From positions 405,847 through 469,846 of the forward strand of contig JAZKIU010000001.1 in assembly GCA_040384705.1 (NCBI GenBank): 64,000 nucleotides of DNA. Reading direction: 5' to 3'. A model generated the notes under the pieces. The model saw nothing but the letters and a program-made list of their open reading frames with translations, was not told where the DNA came from and ran no database searches. Of this stretch, positions 1 through 8,997 are shown in pieces. The stretch's first letter is position 1. Every line of letters starts with the position of its first letter. A program made the position numbers and the translations under genes. The DNA comes from Patescibacteria group bacterium. GTDB lineage: Bacteria > Patescibacteriota > Minisyncoccia > Phycocordibacterales > Phycocordibacteraceae.

Positions 1-59
1 GTTCCTCCCGAGAAGAACTCAGGAGAAGGGCGGAGGAAATCGCCGCTGAAGTCTCAGCC

Positions 60-179
60 ATGTCTGATGAAGAGGTGGCCACCTACATCAAGGAGAACGG
101 CCTGGAGAAGTTCATCAATCAGGAGCATACCGATCAGCTCTTGAGGGATGCGCTGGTGACGAGGCGCAATCATCCTTAG
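60..179 (+). CDS. small hypothetical ORF (39 aa) upstream of repeat copy A
   Basis: ATG..TAG ORF found by eye; not in the 60-aa ORF track. No recognisable domain. Lies at the window edge. Confidence 0.15.
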   Translation: MSDEEVATYIKENGLEKFINQEHTDQLLRDALVTRRNHP

Positions 180-227
180 ACCAAGAGGAGCTAGGAGCCA
201 CTCGAGAGGGTGGCTTTTCCTATTGCC

Positions 228-255
228 GTTCCAACATCGTCCCAGACCCCCAGCA
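228..255 (+). repeat. cassette-boundary repeat copy A (cGTTCCAACATCGTCCCAGACCCCCAGCA)
   Basis: Direct sequence match to the family consensus. Followed by a hairpin terminator and the minus-strand alpha-CTD gene. Confidence 0.85.
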
Positions 256-303
256 CTGCTCACCTCCACTAGCGGAAGGGTGTTCGAACCTTTGTAAAAA
301 GTT

Positions 304-330
304 CACCCCGCATTATCCAAATGCGGGGTG
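304..330 (-). terminator. intrinsic terminator of the alpha-CTD-like gene
   Basis: 10-bp perfect stem (caccccgcat / atgcggggtg). It is followed on the minus strand by a T-run (rc of aaaaagtt). It lies just 3' of the stop of ORF 364..756. Confidence 0.6.
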
Positions 331-363
331 ATTAGTGGGATTGAATGTTGCAGAGGTATCGAA

Positions 364-756
364 CTAGCCGGTTCCTCCGACGACCTTCGGCTCGTAGGGA
401 AGTTCGCCGAGGTCATGGCCAATGCTGGCCAACACCTCTTTGACCTCCTGAATACCCTTACGTCCGAAGTTCGGAATTCGGAGCAAAGTCACCTCCGTCT
501 GGCGAACAAGATCACCAACGGTCTTGATGTTCTCGTTCTTGAGGCAGTTCTCAGTCCGAACAGACCATTCCAAATCGTTCAGGGGACGGTCGAGGTCGTC
601 GGTCTTTAGCGCCGGCACGTCTACCCCGCAGATCCCCATGAAGACGGAGAAGTCCTTGCCGTTGAGCTTGGACTTCACAAATGCAATAGCTTCGCAGCTG
701 CGGCACGGACGAAGTGGCGTGCAGCCCTCTTCGTGTTCACTAAACAGAGCGGTCAT
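364..756 (-). CDS. orphan RNA polymerase alpha-subunit C-terminal domain (alpha-CTD) protein with an N-terminal 4-Cys region
   Basis: The C-terminal 70 aa (DLEWSVRTENCLKNENIKTVGDLVRQTEVTLLRIPNFGRKGIQEVKEVLASIGHDLG) matches the canonical alpha-CTD (E. coli: [57 protein letters not shown]). The N-terminus has C12, C18, C21, C43. There is no alpha-NTD. Confidence 0.75.
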   Translation of the reverse strand: MTALFSEHEEGCTPLRPCRSCEAIAFVKSKLNGKDFSVFMGICGVDVPALKTDDLDRPLNDLEWSVRTENCLKNENIKTVGDLVRQTEVTLLRIPNFGRKGIQEVKEVLASIGHDLGELPYEPKVVGGTG

Positions 757-879
757 GAGATGTCCTCACATCATTGATGGGTTATAGGAACAAGGTTCTT
801 CGTACTAAATAAGCATATTAAATGGGATACGTCAAGTTTGCTACGTAAATAGCGTTCGGTCTTGTGTTGGAAATAGCTC

Positions 880-910
880 GGTTCCAACATCGTCCCAGAC
901 CCCCAGCAAT
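880..910 (+). repeat. cassette-boundary repeat copy B (GGTTCCAACATCGTCCCAGACCCCCAGCAAT)
   Basis: Exact consensus copy. It sits 34 bp upstream of ORF 944 and upstream of the divergent minus gene 364..756. Confidence 0.9.
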
Positions 911-943
911 TGAAGCCTATGGACAGGTGGTATTCTTTGTTCA

Positions 944-1495
944 ATGGAATGGCTCGCAAATTTCTTTGTAGGTATTGCGGTTTCGATTGGTAGCCTGTTT
1001 GGTGTAACCTCGACACAGGATGTCCCACCAGTACCTCCCGAAATTCAGGTTGAGGTAGAGACAACGTCCACACCAGAGCCTAAAACGAACGCAATGGTAA
1101 AAGCTCAAACATACCTGGAGACACCCACCTCTACCCAAAAAACTACTCCGACCTCGATACTTGACCCACTAATCGCAGCATCAATACAAAACAAGAAGGG
1201 CGATGATATCATTCCCGATTGTACTCACACCCCAGCCGCATGCGAGCTCAATGTGTCTAAGGAGGTTGCTCTGGAAAAAATCGCAGCCCTCAGAATTAGT
1301 AAGGGTGAGATGAAATCAGAATCAGTCGTGTTGAGGGGTGGCAGTCCCTGGGTGAGTCCTGGCGAGTGCTTCGGGAAAGGTGGCGAGCTCAATCAGTCTG
1401 GTTTTTTCTGGACTTACTGGGATATATGGGGGGTTACTCAGGTAAATGCTACGACCGGAGAGGCAGAGTTTTGTCAGCTCGAAGTGTCGTTTTAA
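944..1495 (+). CDS. hypothetical secreted protein (signal peptide, Thr/Pro-rich linker)
   Basis: ORF with a hydrophobic N-terminus (FFVGIAVSIGSLFGV). No known domain. Flanked by repeat copies B and C. Confidence 0.5.
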   Translation: MEWLANFFVGIAVSIGSLFGVTSTQDVPPVPPEIQVEVETTSTPEPKTNAMVKAQTYLETPTSTQKTTPTSILDPLIAASIQNKKGDDIIPDCTHTPAACELNVSKEVALEKIAALRISKGEMKSESVVLRGGSPWVSPGECFGKGGELNQSGFFWTYWDIWGVTQVNATTGEAEFCQLEVSF

Positions 1496-1505
1496 ATAGA
1501 CATTC

Positions 1506-1536
1506 GGTTCCAACATCGTCCCAGACCCCCAGCAAT
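1506..1536 (+). repeat. cassette-boundary repeat copy C
   Basis: Exact consensus, 10 bp after the stop of ORF 944..1495. Followed by the hairpin at 1541-1562. Confidence 0.9.
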
Positions 1537-1540
1537 TAAG

Positions 1541-1562
1541 AAGAGGCGGTTTCCCGCCTCTT
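1541..1562. terminator. hairpin (aagaggcgg tttc ccgcctctt) between convergent genes
   Basis: 9-bp perfect stem. Weak U-tracts on both strands. Lies between the 3' ends of 944..1495 (+) and 1573..1965 (-). Confidence 0.4.
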
Positions 1563-1572
1563 CGTCGCCGTA

Positions 1573-1965
1573 TCATGCAAACCCATGGAAGCGGACATCC
1601 ATGCCTAATCGAGGGGCCTCTCCTTCAGTCGGTATCCGAAGATGCTTTTGGAAGAGCTCCCGGAACTCCTCCGAAGGAACGAGCGGCGAGATGACATGCG
1701 CCGTCGTTGGAAGACACATCTCGCCGTGCACTGCCACTAAAGCGACTGTCCGGTCGCATGGACTGAAGATCTCGGCGCAACTAAGCAAGTTGTTGTAGCG
1801 CACCCTGAGCCACAACCCAGTCGCTTGCGATAAGTCGCCGGCGAGCGCCTCGAGGTTTTTCTGAAAGTGAGCAACGTACTTATCGCCACTCCCTGCCCAT
1901 GAGCACGTCATGTTGAGTAGATGCGCGACGAATCTGTCACGCGGCCGTTCGAGTGTCCTGAACAT
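1573..1965 (-). CDS. hypothetical protein (130 aa)
   Basis: ORF only. No recognisable motif. Confidence 0.35.
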   Translation of the reverse strand: MFRTLERPRDRFVAHLLNMTCSWAGSGDKYVAHFQKNLEALAGDLSQATGLWLRVRYNNLLSCAEIFSPCDRTVALVAVHGEMCLPTTAHVISPLVPSEEFRELFQKHLRIPTEGEAPRLGMDVRFHGFA

Positions 1966-2009
1966 ATCTGTCTCCGATCTGTGCCTCTAGACAGAAACCT
2001 AACATAGGT

Positions 2010-3065
2010 GTGTGGGGGCTCCAATATAGCCCGAGAATTCTTTCAGGCCCGGGCTTAAGCACAGCTTTGTGGTATAATCCGCAGCATATGGAAACCACAC
2101 CCGCTATGAATGGATCGAAGACGACTCCGAAGGATTTCTTCCTCTGGGCAGGGGCGATGGTAGCGCTCTATCTTTCCGTAATCTCGTTCATCACCCTCCT
2201 CTTCGAGTACATCAACTACACGTTCCCGGACCCTAACGCGTACGCTGGCGACCCGTACTCGAGCGCCATGCGCTTCGCGATGGCCGCGCTCATCGTGCTC
2301 GTGCCGACCACGCTCGTCCTCCTCCGTCTCATCCGGGGCACTATCATGCAGGATTCTGGCAAGGCAATGATCTGGGTGCGTCGCTGGGTCCTCCAGCTCA
2401 CGGTCTTCGTGATGACGGTCACCATCCTCATCGATCTCATCACGCTCGTGAACTACTTCCTCAATGGGGAAGTCACCACCCGCTTCATCCTGAAGATAGT
2501 CGTTGTCCTTCTCGTCGCCGGGTTCCTCTTCATGCACTTCCTTGCTGACCTCAAGGGGTACTGGATAAAGCACCCGAAGAAGGCCGACCTCATTGGCATA
2601 GCTTCCGCAGCAGTGGCCCTTGCCGCCATCGTCGCCGGCTTCTTCATCGTCGGCAGCCCGAGCGCCGCGCGCGACACACGCCTCGATATGCAGCGCGTGA
2701 ATGACCTCATGAGTATCCAAAGCCAGGTCGTGAGCTTCTACCAGCAGAAGGAGGAGCTTCCAGGAACGCTCGCTGAGCTTTCTGACCCGCTCTCGTACTT
2801 CACGCTTCCTAAGGACCCTAAGACCGGCATGGACTACACGTACGAGAAGACCGGTGCGCTCGCCTTCAAGCTTTGCGCTGGCTTCGCACGCGAAGGCAAG
2901 GATATGACGGGACGGGGCGGGTACGCAGGCGACATGGCGGTCTCCTATCCATACCCGGGTCCCGATGGCGGAATAGAGAACTGGAAGCATGGGGCGGGAA
3001 CGGTCTGCTTCGACCGCACCATCGACCCAGAGCGCTATCCTGTATTCGAGAAGCCGCTACGATAA
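2010..3065 (+). CDS. hypothetical polytopic membrane protein (start uncertain, possibly about 2089)
   Basis: Several hydrophobic helices in the N-terminal 220 aa and a soluble C-terminal domain. The opposite-strand ORF 2055..2990 is an Arg/Glu-rich shadow. Confidence 0.5.
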   Translation: MWGLQYSPRILSGPGLSTALWYNPQHMETTPAMNGSKTTPKDFFLWAGAMVALYLSVISFITLLFEYINYTFPDPNAYAGDPYSSAMRFAMAALIVLVPTTLVLLRLIRGTIMQDSGKAMIWVRRWVLQLTVFVMTVTILIDLITLVNYFLNGEVTTRFILKIVVVLLVAGFLFMHFLADLKGYWIKHPKKADLIGIASAAVALAAIVAGFFIVGSPSAARDTRLDMQRVNDLMSIQSQVVSFYQQKEELPGTLAELSDPLSYFTLPKDPKTGMDYTYEKTGALAFKLCAGFAREGKDMTGRGGYAGDMAVSYPYPGPDGGIENWKHGAGTVCFDRTIDPERYPVFEKPLR

Positions 3066-3091
3066 CCAGTGCGCGTTAATCGAGTACCATC

Positions 3092-5974
3092 GTGGCGAAG
3101 GAACGATTCGATCATAAGGCGATAGAGCAGGCCGCCCAGAAGAAATGGGAGGAGCTCGATCTGTACACGACTGACCTCAAGGACGATTCCAAGGACCCGT
3201 ACTATCTCCTCTTCGAGTTCCCGTATCCTTCGGGCGATCTCCATATCGGCCACTGGTACGCATTCGCGCTCACCGACATCTTCGCCAGGTACCAGCGCAT
3301 GCAGGGGAAGAACGTCCTGTTCCCGATAGGGTTCGACGCGTTCGGGCTCCCGGCCGAGAACGCCGCCATCAAGCACGGGATCGATCCCAAGAAATGGACG
3401 TACGAGAACATGGACCGCATGCGCGAGCAGATACGTTCGATGGGAACGTCGGTCGATTGGACCAAGGAAGTCGTAACCTCGGACCCCGCGTACTACAAGT
3501 GGACGCAGTGGCTCTTCCTCAAGTTCTTCGAGCAGGGACTCGCGGAGCGCCGCAACGCTGCGGTGAAGTGGTGTCCGAACGATAAGACGGTGCTTGCGAA
3601 CGAGCAGGTGATGGACGGTCGCTGCGAGCGCTGCGGGCACGAAGTAGAGGAGAAGAATCTCACCCAGTGGTTCCTTACCATAACGAAGTACGCGGATAGG
3701 CTGCTCCGCGACCTTGACCCGCTTCCGTGGCGCGAGGAGATGAAGGAAGCGCAGCGTGCATGGATAGGGGAGTCAGAAGGCGCGAAGCTTTCCTTCCCCC
3801 TCCATTCCTATACTGCAGAAAGCGCAGCAGAGGGTGTCGACATGAACATGGCCATAGAGGTATTCACGACGCGTCCCGACACGCTATACGGTGCAACGTA
3901 TGTCGTGCTCGCTCCCGAGCATCCGCTCGTGGAGACGCTCCTGCCTGCTGCGCTAAACGCCGACGAGATGCGTGCGTACCGCACCGCGACCTCTCGTAAG
4001 ACGGAGCGCGAGCGCCAGGAAGAGAAGGATAAGACGGGGGTGCTAGTGGGCGGCATTATGGCCATCAACCCAGCGACGAACGAGCCCATCCCGGTATACC
4101 TCGCTGACTACGTGCTCGTGTCGTACGGCACGGGTGCGGTGATGGCGGTACCTGCCCACGACGAGCGCGACTTTGAGTTCGCGCAGAAGTTCGGCCTCCC
4201 CATGAAGCAGGTCGTCGTTACCTGCGCAGATGATCCTAATAATCCACCGCAGGAAGGATTCCCGGACGTGAAGCGCGATACCGTAATCGTGCACTTGCGC
4301 GATACGGCGACCGGGAAGTTCGCGCTTCTCGATTGGCATGGCTCGCTCGATGGCATCACCACCGCTATCATGGGCGGCGTCGAGGAGGGTCAGACTCCCG
4401 TAGAGGCAGCGCTCGCCGAGATCAGCGAGGAAGCGGCTATAGAAGGCGTCCGGATAGTGAAGCAGCTTCCTTGGATCACGGCTGCGAAATACTGTGCTTC
4501 GCATAAGAGCCAGAACCGGTGCGCGCACACGTATGCATTTCTTGCTGAAATCGACGGTCTTGAGAGCCAGGGCGAGATACCGGAGAACGAACAGGCGCTC
4601 CACACGCTTGTCTGGGTCGACGAGTCCGCTGTGCTTTCCCGTCTGACGCCTCCGCATCAGAAGCAGATGTGGCAGCTGCTCAATGAAGTCACGGCGCTTA
4701 CCGATGATGGGTATCTCATCAATTCGGGCGTCTTCGATGGCCGCAGCAATCGCGAAGCCCTGTGGGACATCGTCGCTGCAGCGGGCGGAGAACGTGTGAA
4801 GAACTATCGTCTCCGCGATTGGCTCGTGTCCCGCCAGCGATACTGGGGCTGTCCGATACCGGTAGTATATGACCCGGAGGGCATACCGCACGCCATACCG
4901 GCCGAGCACTTGCCGTGGCTCCTTCCGGAAGATGTGGACTTCACGCCCGGCAAGAACGAGAGCCCGCTCGCTTCTTCAACGGAACTCAAGGAGCGCGTCA
5001 CGAACATATTCGGTGAAGGGTGGACGCCCGAATACGATACGCTCGACACGTTCGTGGACTCCTCTTGGTACTACCTCCGATACCTCGACCCCGCCGACGA
5101 CCATGACTTCACTGACCAGAGTCTGCTCAAGAAGTGGCTGCCGGTGGATAGGTACTCGGGCGGCTCCGAGCACACCACAATGCATCTCCTGTACTCACGA
5201 TTCTTCCATAAGGCGCTGTATGACCTCGCGCTCGTACCGACCCCCGAGCCTTTCAACGAGCGATTCAATCGCGGCCTCATCCTCGGACCCGATGGCGCCA
5301 AGATGTCGAAGTCGAAAGGAAACGTCATCAACCCTGACGACTTCGTAGCGAAATACGGAGCTGATGCGGTGCGCATGTACCTCGCGTTCATCGGTCCATA
5401 CAACGAACCGGGGAATTACCCTTGGAACCTGGACGGAGTGGAAGCCATGCGCAAATTCCTCGATCGTATCAATGCGCTCAGCGAGCGCCTCACGGACGCT
5501 CCTGCAAGCGACACGCTCACCCGCGCGCTCGGTATCGCATCGGCGAAGGTAGGCACCGATACCGATCGCTTCAAGTTCAACACCGCGATATCGGCGCTCA
5601 TGGTCGCGCTCAAGGAATTCGAAGCGGCGCCAGAAGTATCGAGGGAAGCGTACCGCGCATACCTCCTAATGCTCGCGCCCTTCGCCCCTCACCTCGCGGA
5701 GCACTTGTACGAAAAGACAGGTGGCGAGGGGAGCGTGCACGAAGGGAGCTGGCCGGAGGCGGTTGTCGCGCAGTCGGATACCGCCACTATCATCGTGCAA
5801 GTCAATGGAAAGAAGCGTGGTGAAATCATGATGGCCCCGGGTGCGACCGAGGAAGAGGCGCTTCATGAAGCCATGAAGATAGAGGCGGTCATCAAAGTGA
5901 TCGGGGAGCAGTCCCCGCAAAGGACCGTGTATGTGCCTGGGCGGATACTGAATATCGTGGTGGCGAAGGCGTAG
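3092..5974 (+). CDS. leuS: leucyl-tRNA synthetase
   Basis: 960 aa. HIGH-type motif (PYPSGDLHIGHWYAF) and KMSKS (KMSKSKGN). Shows the typical LeuRS editing-domain insertion and overall architecture. Confidence 0.95.
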   Translation: MAKERFDHKAIEQAAQKKWEELDLYTTDLKDDSKDPYYLLFEFPYPSGDLHIGHWYAFALTDIFARYQRMQGKNVLFPIGFDAFGLPAENAAIKHGIDPKKWTYENMDRMREQIRSMGTSVDWTKEVVTSDPAYYKWTQWLFLKFFEQGLAERRNAAVKWCPNDKTVLANEQVMDGRCERCGHEVEEKNLTQWFLTITKYADRLLRDLDPLPWREEMKEAQRAWIGESEGAKLSFPLHSYTAESAAEGVDMNMAIEVFTTRPDTLYGATYVVLAPEHPLVETLLPAALNADEMRAYRTATSRKTERERQEEKDKTGVLVGGIMAINPATNEPIPVYLADYVLVSYGTGAVMAVPAHDERDFEFAQKFGLPMKQVVVTCADDPNNPPQEGFPDVKRDTVIVHLRDTATGKFALLDWHGSLDGITTAIMGGVEEGQTPVEAALAEISEEAAIEGVRIVKQLPWITAAKYCASHKSQNRCAHTYAFLAEIDGLESQGEIPENEQALHTLVWVDESAVLSRLTPPHQKQMWQLLNEVTALTDDGYLINSGVFDGRSNREALWDIVAAAGGERVKNYRLRDWLVSRQRYWGCPIPVVYDPEGIPHAIPAEHLPWLLPEDVDFTPGKNESPLASSTELKERVTNIFGEGWTPEYDTLDTFVDSSWYYLRYLDPADDHDFTDQSLLKKWLPVDRYSGGSEHTTMHLLYSRFFHKALYDLALVPTPEPFNERFNRGLILGPDGAKMSKSKGNVINPDDFVAKYGADAVRMYLAFIGPYNEPGNYPWNLDGVEAMRKFLDRINALSERLTDAPASDTLTRALGIASAKVGTDTDRFKFNTAISALMVALKEFEAAPEVSREAYRAYLLMLAPFAPHLAEHLYEKTGGEGSVHEGSWPEAVVAQSDTATIIVQVNGKKRGEIMMAPGATEEEALHEAMKIEAVIKVIGEQSPQRTVYVPGRILNIVVAKA

Positions 5975-5993
5975 GGGCCCGAACTATCCACAT

Positions 5994-6022
5994 TTGACTC
6001 ATTTACACCTATCTGGTATAAG
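5994..6022 (+). promoter_or_regulatory. sigma70-like promoter (TTGACT-17-TATAAG) upstream of 6040 gene
   Basis: -35 TTGACT at 5994-5999, a 17-bp spacer, -10 TATAAG at 6017-6022. Lies in an AT-rich intergenic stretch. Confidence 0.4.
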
Positions 6023-6039
6023 AATACCACATTTACTAT

Positions 6040-7149
6040 ATGCCCAAGAAACCCGTAAGCCCGAAAAAGGCCGTAAAAGCCAAGGTATCCTCGTCCGCCT
6101 CAAAGGCGGTCGCGAAGCGTGCCTCCACCAAGCTATCCTTCGATAGCACGGTTCTCGTGAAGCGCCTCCTGGCCGAAGTGCCGGAGCGCGCCCGCGAAGT
6201 GCTCGTATATCGCTTCGGGCTGGGCGCGTCCGCCGAGCGTGAGACCCTCGAGGCCATCGGCGAACGCTGGGGCATCACCCGCGAGCGCGTCCGCCAGATA
6301 GAGGCGTCGGGCATCGAGGCTATCCGCAACTCCAAGTCCTTCCGCGAGTCCACCGGCTCGTTCGGCGAACTTTCTGCACACATCGAATCTCTAGGAGCTA
6401 TCGTCCCCGAGGACACCCTCCTCAAGGGCCTCGCATCAGATGAGAAGGCGAAGAACCGCTTCCGCTTCCTTCTCGTCGTGGGCTCGGAGTTCTTCCGCGA
6501 GCGCGAGACCGACGAGTTCTACGCGCGCTGGCACGTCGACCACGGCACCGCCGACCTGGTGCACACCGCGCTTACCCGCCTCTATACCGCACTCGATGAC
6601 GAGGAGGTCCTCTCCGAAGGGGAGATAATCAACAAGTTCCTCGACGAGCTCAAGGGCATCAACTCCGCATACCAGCAGGAGGAGATCCTCAAGCGCTGGC
6701 TCTCCATCTCGAAGACCATCGGTGCTAACCCGCTTTCAGAGTGGGGCAAGGCGAACGCGCCCGCTATCCGCACCAAGGGCATCCGCGACTACGCGTACCT
6801 CGTCATCAAGCAGCGCGGCGAGCCTATGCACTTCGCTGATGTTGCCAAGGCCATCGTCGAGGTATTCGGCAAGAAGGCGCACGTCGCTACCACCCACAAC
6901 GAGCTCATCAAGGACTCCCGCTTCGTCCTCGTGGGCCGTGGTCTCTACGCGCTCGCTGAATGGGGCTTCTCACCGGGCGTAGTCCGCGATGTCGTCCGCG
7001 ACGTGCTCAAGAAGAAGCCGCTCACCCGCGATGAGGTCATCACCGAGGTGAAGAAGGTCCGCTACGTGAAGGACAACACCATCCTCGTGAACCTCAACGA
7101 TTCCAAATACTTCAAGCGGCAGAAGGACGGGAAATACACCGCCGTCTAA
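6040..7149 (+). CDS. transcription factor: Lys-rich histone-H1-like tail + sigma-70 region 4 HTH + C-terminal HARE-HTH-like domain
   Basis: The N-terminus is PKKPVSPKKAVKAKV. ETLEAIGERWGITRERVRQIEASGIEAIRN matches the sigma70 r4.2 signature. The C-terminal segment MHFADVAKAIVEVFG...FVLVGRGLYALAEWGF resembles HARE-HTH (RpoE-delta-like). Confidence 0.6.
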   Translation: MPKKPVSPKKAVKAKVSSSASKAVAKRASTKLSFDSTVLVKRLLAEVPERAREVLVYRFGLGASAERETLEAIGERWGITRERVRQIEASGIEAIRNSKSFRESTGSFGELSAHIESLGAIVPEDTLLKGLASDEKAKNRFRFLLVVGSEFFRERETDEFYARWHVDHGTADLVHTALTRLYTALDDEEVLSEGEIINKFLDELKGINSAYQQEEILKRWLSISKTIGANPLSEWGKANAPAIRTKGIRDYAYLVIKQRGEPMHFADVAKAIVEVFGKKAHVATTHNELIKDSRFVLVGRGLYALAEWGFSPGVVRDVVRDVLKKKPLTRDEVITEVKKVRYVKDNTILVNLNDSKYFKRQKDGKYTAV

Positions 7150-7154
7150 GCACC

Positions 7155-7180
7155 AGCGCCTTCGGGCGCTTTTCGCTTTT
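7155..7180 (+). terminator. intrinsic terminator after 6040..7149
   Basis: agcgcc ttcg ggcgct followed by tttcgctttt. Confidence 0.6.
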
Positions 7181-7208
7181 ACTCTCGAGCTCTTGCTATA
7201 CTTCTTCC

Positions 7209-8585
7209 ATGTCATCAGGCGGACACGGCTCGAGTAACGGACTGCCGTTCTTCGATATCGTTGAGGATTTCTTCGTTAAAGCGCATGGCCAAGGCGTGGC
7301 GATGGGTGCGAAGCCGTTCTTCATCGCGGGAGCGGTGATGCTGTTCGCCTTCCTTGTCGTATCGCCCGCGCAGACGCTGCGGAACTTCGAACTGCTCATC
7401 TTCCTCTCTCCCATCTGGATGACCATCGTCCTGGTGCGCTTCGCCGTCCATCGCTTCGTGGAGGCGAACCGAGTGGCATGGCTCTCGAAGCAGGAATACG
7501 TCCTGCTCGAGCTCAAGATGCCGCGCGATATCCGGAAGACGCCGCTCGCGATGGAGACCGTGATAACGAACCTCCATATCGGTCCGAACGAGTCGACCTG
7601 GTACAAGAAGTACATAAACGGTTCGGTGCGGCCGTGGTGGTCGTTCGAGATAGTATCGCTCGGCGGGAAGGTGCATTTCTATATCTGGACGCGCGAGGGA
7701 TTCCGCCGCGCGGTGGAGAGCTTCATATACGCGCAGTACCCGGGCGTGGAGCTTACCGAGGCCATGGACTACAGCCTCCTCTATGACCCTTCGCATCATC
7801 CGAATAAGATGTGGGGCTGCGACTACAAGAAGACGAAGGAGGACCCTATCCCTATCCGCACCTATGCGGAGTTCATAGACCCGACCTCCACGCTCGGGAA
7901 GCCGGAGGAGACCATCGACCCGCTGGCCCAGGTCATCGAGCTGCTCGGCTCCATAGGGCCGAAGGAACAGTTCTGGGTGCAGATAAACTTCCGCATGACG
8001 AAGAAGGAGAAGTATGGCGGCGAGAGGACCTGGAAGGAGGAAGGGCTCGACCTCATCCAGGAGATCCGCGACAAGGCCGTACGCAAGACGTCACGCATGA
8101 ATGCCGCTACAGGAATGATGGTGGAGGAAGAAGGATTCGGTCCGCTCACCAAAGGCCAGCAGGAGGATATCTATGCGATAGAACGCAACGTGAACAAGCC
8201 GGGCTTCGATGTCGGGATGCGCGCGATATACACGGCGCCGGAGGAAGCATTCCAGGGCTCGATGATCAGCTTCCTCATCGGCTTGTGGAAGCCAATGAGC
8301 TCCGAGAATGGTAACGGTATCGGCATCACGCGCTGGGACGCCATCTTCAACGACTATCCCTGGGAGGATAAGAGCGGGGCGCATAAGGCGCACCTCGAGC
8401 ACCAGCTCGTTGATGCGTACCGCAGACGTGCATTTTTCCACGAGCCATACAAGCTCGGATGGGCCATCATGAGCTCCGAGGAGCTTGCCACCCTCTTCCA
8501 TGTGCCGAGCGCGTCGGTGACCGCGCCATCGATACCGCGCATACAATCGTCGACGAAGGAGGCGCCTTCGAACCTCCCGCTGTAA
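7209..8585 (+). CDS. hypothetical membrane-anchored protein (458 aa)
   Basis: Two N-terminal TM helices and a large soluble domain. No known motif. Confidence 0.5.
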   Translation: MSSGGHGSSNGLPFFDIVEDFFVKAHGQGVAMGAKPFFIAGAVMLFAFLVVSPAQTLRNFELLIFLSPIWMTIVLVRFAVHRFVEANRVAWLSKQEYVLLELKMPRDIRKTPLAMETVITNLHIGPNESTWYKKYINGSVRPWWSFEIVSLGGKVHFYIWTREGFRRAVESFIYAQYPGVELTEAMDYSLLYDPSHHPNKMWGCDYKKTKEDPIPIRTYAEFIDPTSTLGKPEETIDPLAQVIELLGSIGPKEQFWVQINFRMTKKEKYGGERTWKEEGLDLIQEIRDKAVRKTSRMNAATGMMVEEEGFGPLTKGQQEDIYAIERNVNKPGFDVGMRAIYTAPEEAFQGSMISFLIGLWKPMSSENGNGIGITRWDAIFNDYPWEDKSGAHKAHLEHQLVDAYRRRAFFHEPYKLGWAIMSSEELATLFHVPSASVTAPSIPRIQSSTKEAPSNLPL

Positions 8586-8593
8586 TAGAAAAA

Positions 8594-8620
8594 GACCGCG
8601 GAATAGGTGCATCCGCGGCC
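8594..8620. terminator. hairpin between convergent genes (gaccgcgga...tccgcggcc)
   Basis: 7-8 bp GC stem between the stop of 7209..8585 and the stop of 8653..8958 (-). Confidence 0.35.
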
Positions 8621-8652
8621 TTGGCCCTTACAGGAACTCATTCGGCTTCCTC

Positions 8653-8958
8653 CTACCCGAATGTCTCGGTATCGGGTCCTGCGGGGTGGATATCCCACGC
8701 TATGACCTTCTTATCCCAGGTGGCGTTCAGAAGCTCTTCCATCGTGAGGCCGCGATTCCCTTGAGCGGGGAAGACGACCCACCATTCGTCCTCGTCATGA
8801 GGAACTTTGACGCCCTTCAGTTCGGCCTCGCCGTGCACCACCAGATGAGGTAGGCCGGCCCCATGGAGCCTCACCGATTTACTCTTGAGGACTTCTACCC
8901 TCATGTTCACGATATGGGTAGCGTCGCACACAGAACTCACCTCCTTTCGTTTCAGCAC
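8653..8958 (-). CDS. hypothetical protein (101 aa)
   Basis: ORF convergent with the upstream gene. No motif. Confidence 0.3.
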   Translation of the reverse strand: MLKRKEVSSVCDATHIVNMRVEVLKSKSVRLHGAGLPHLVVHGEAELKGVKVPHDEDEWWVVFPAQGNRGLTMEELLNATWDKKVIAWDIHPAGPDTETFG

Positions 8959-8997
8959 CTATAGCATTGCAACTTCCAGGATTCTGTCAACGGTGCT

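Noticed and set aside
54-269. Minus-strand ORF 54..269 and similar ORFs 771..1073, 1322..1576, 13464..13811 containing CWGSGTMLEP or AGGLGRCWN
   Set aside because: These peptides are simply translations of the reverse complement of the 30-bp repeat. The ORFs span repeats and intergenic hairpins, so they are spurious.
880-910. Repeat as a sigma70 promoter (TTCCAA-17-AGCAAT) or sigma54 site
   Set aside because: Matches to the -35/-10 consensus are poor (3/6 each). The element has the same absolute orientation upstream of both plus and minus genes, which is incompatible with a directional promoter.
2055-2990. 311-aa minus-strand ORF opposite the membrane-protein gene
   Set aside because: Arg/Glu/Asp-rich low-complexity shadow ORF. 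The plus strand encodes a coherent TM protein.
4043-4909. 288-aa minus ORF inside leuS
   Set aside because: Antisense to leuS. No motifs.
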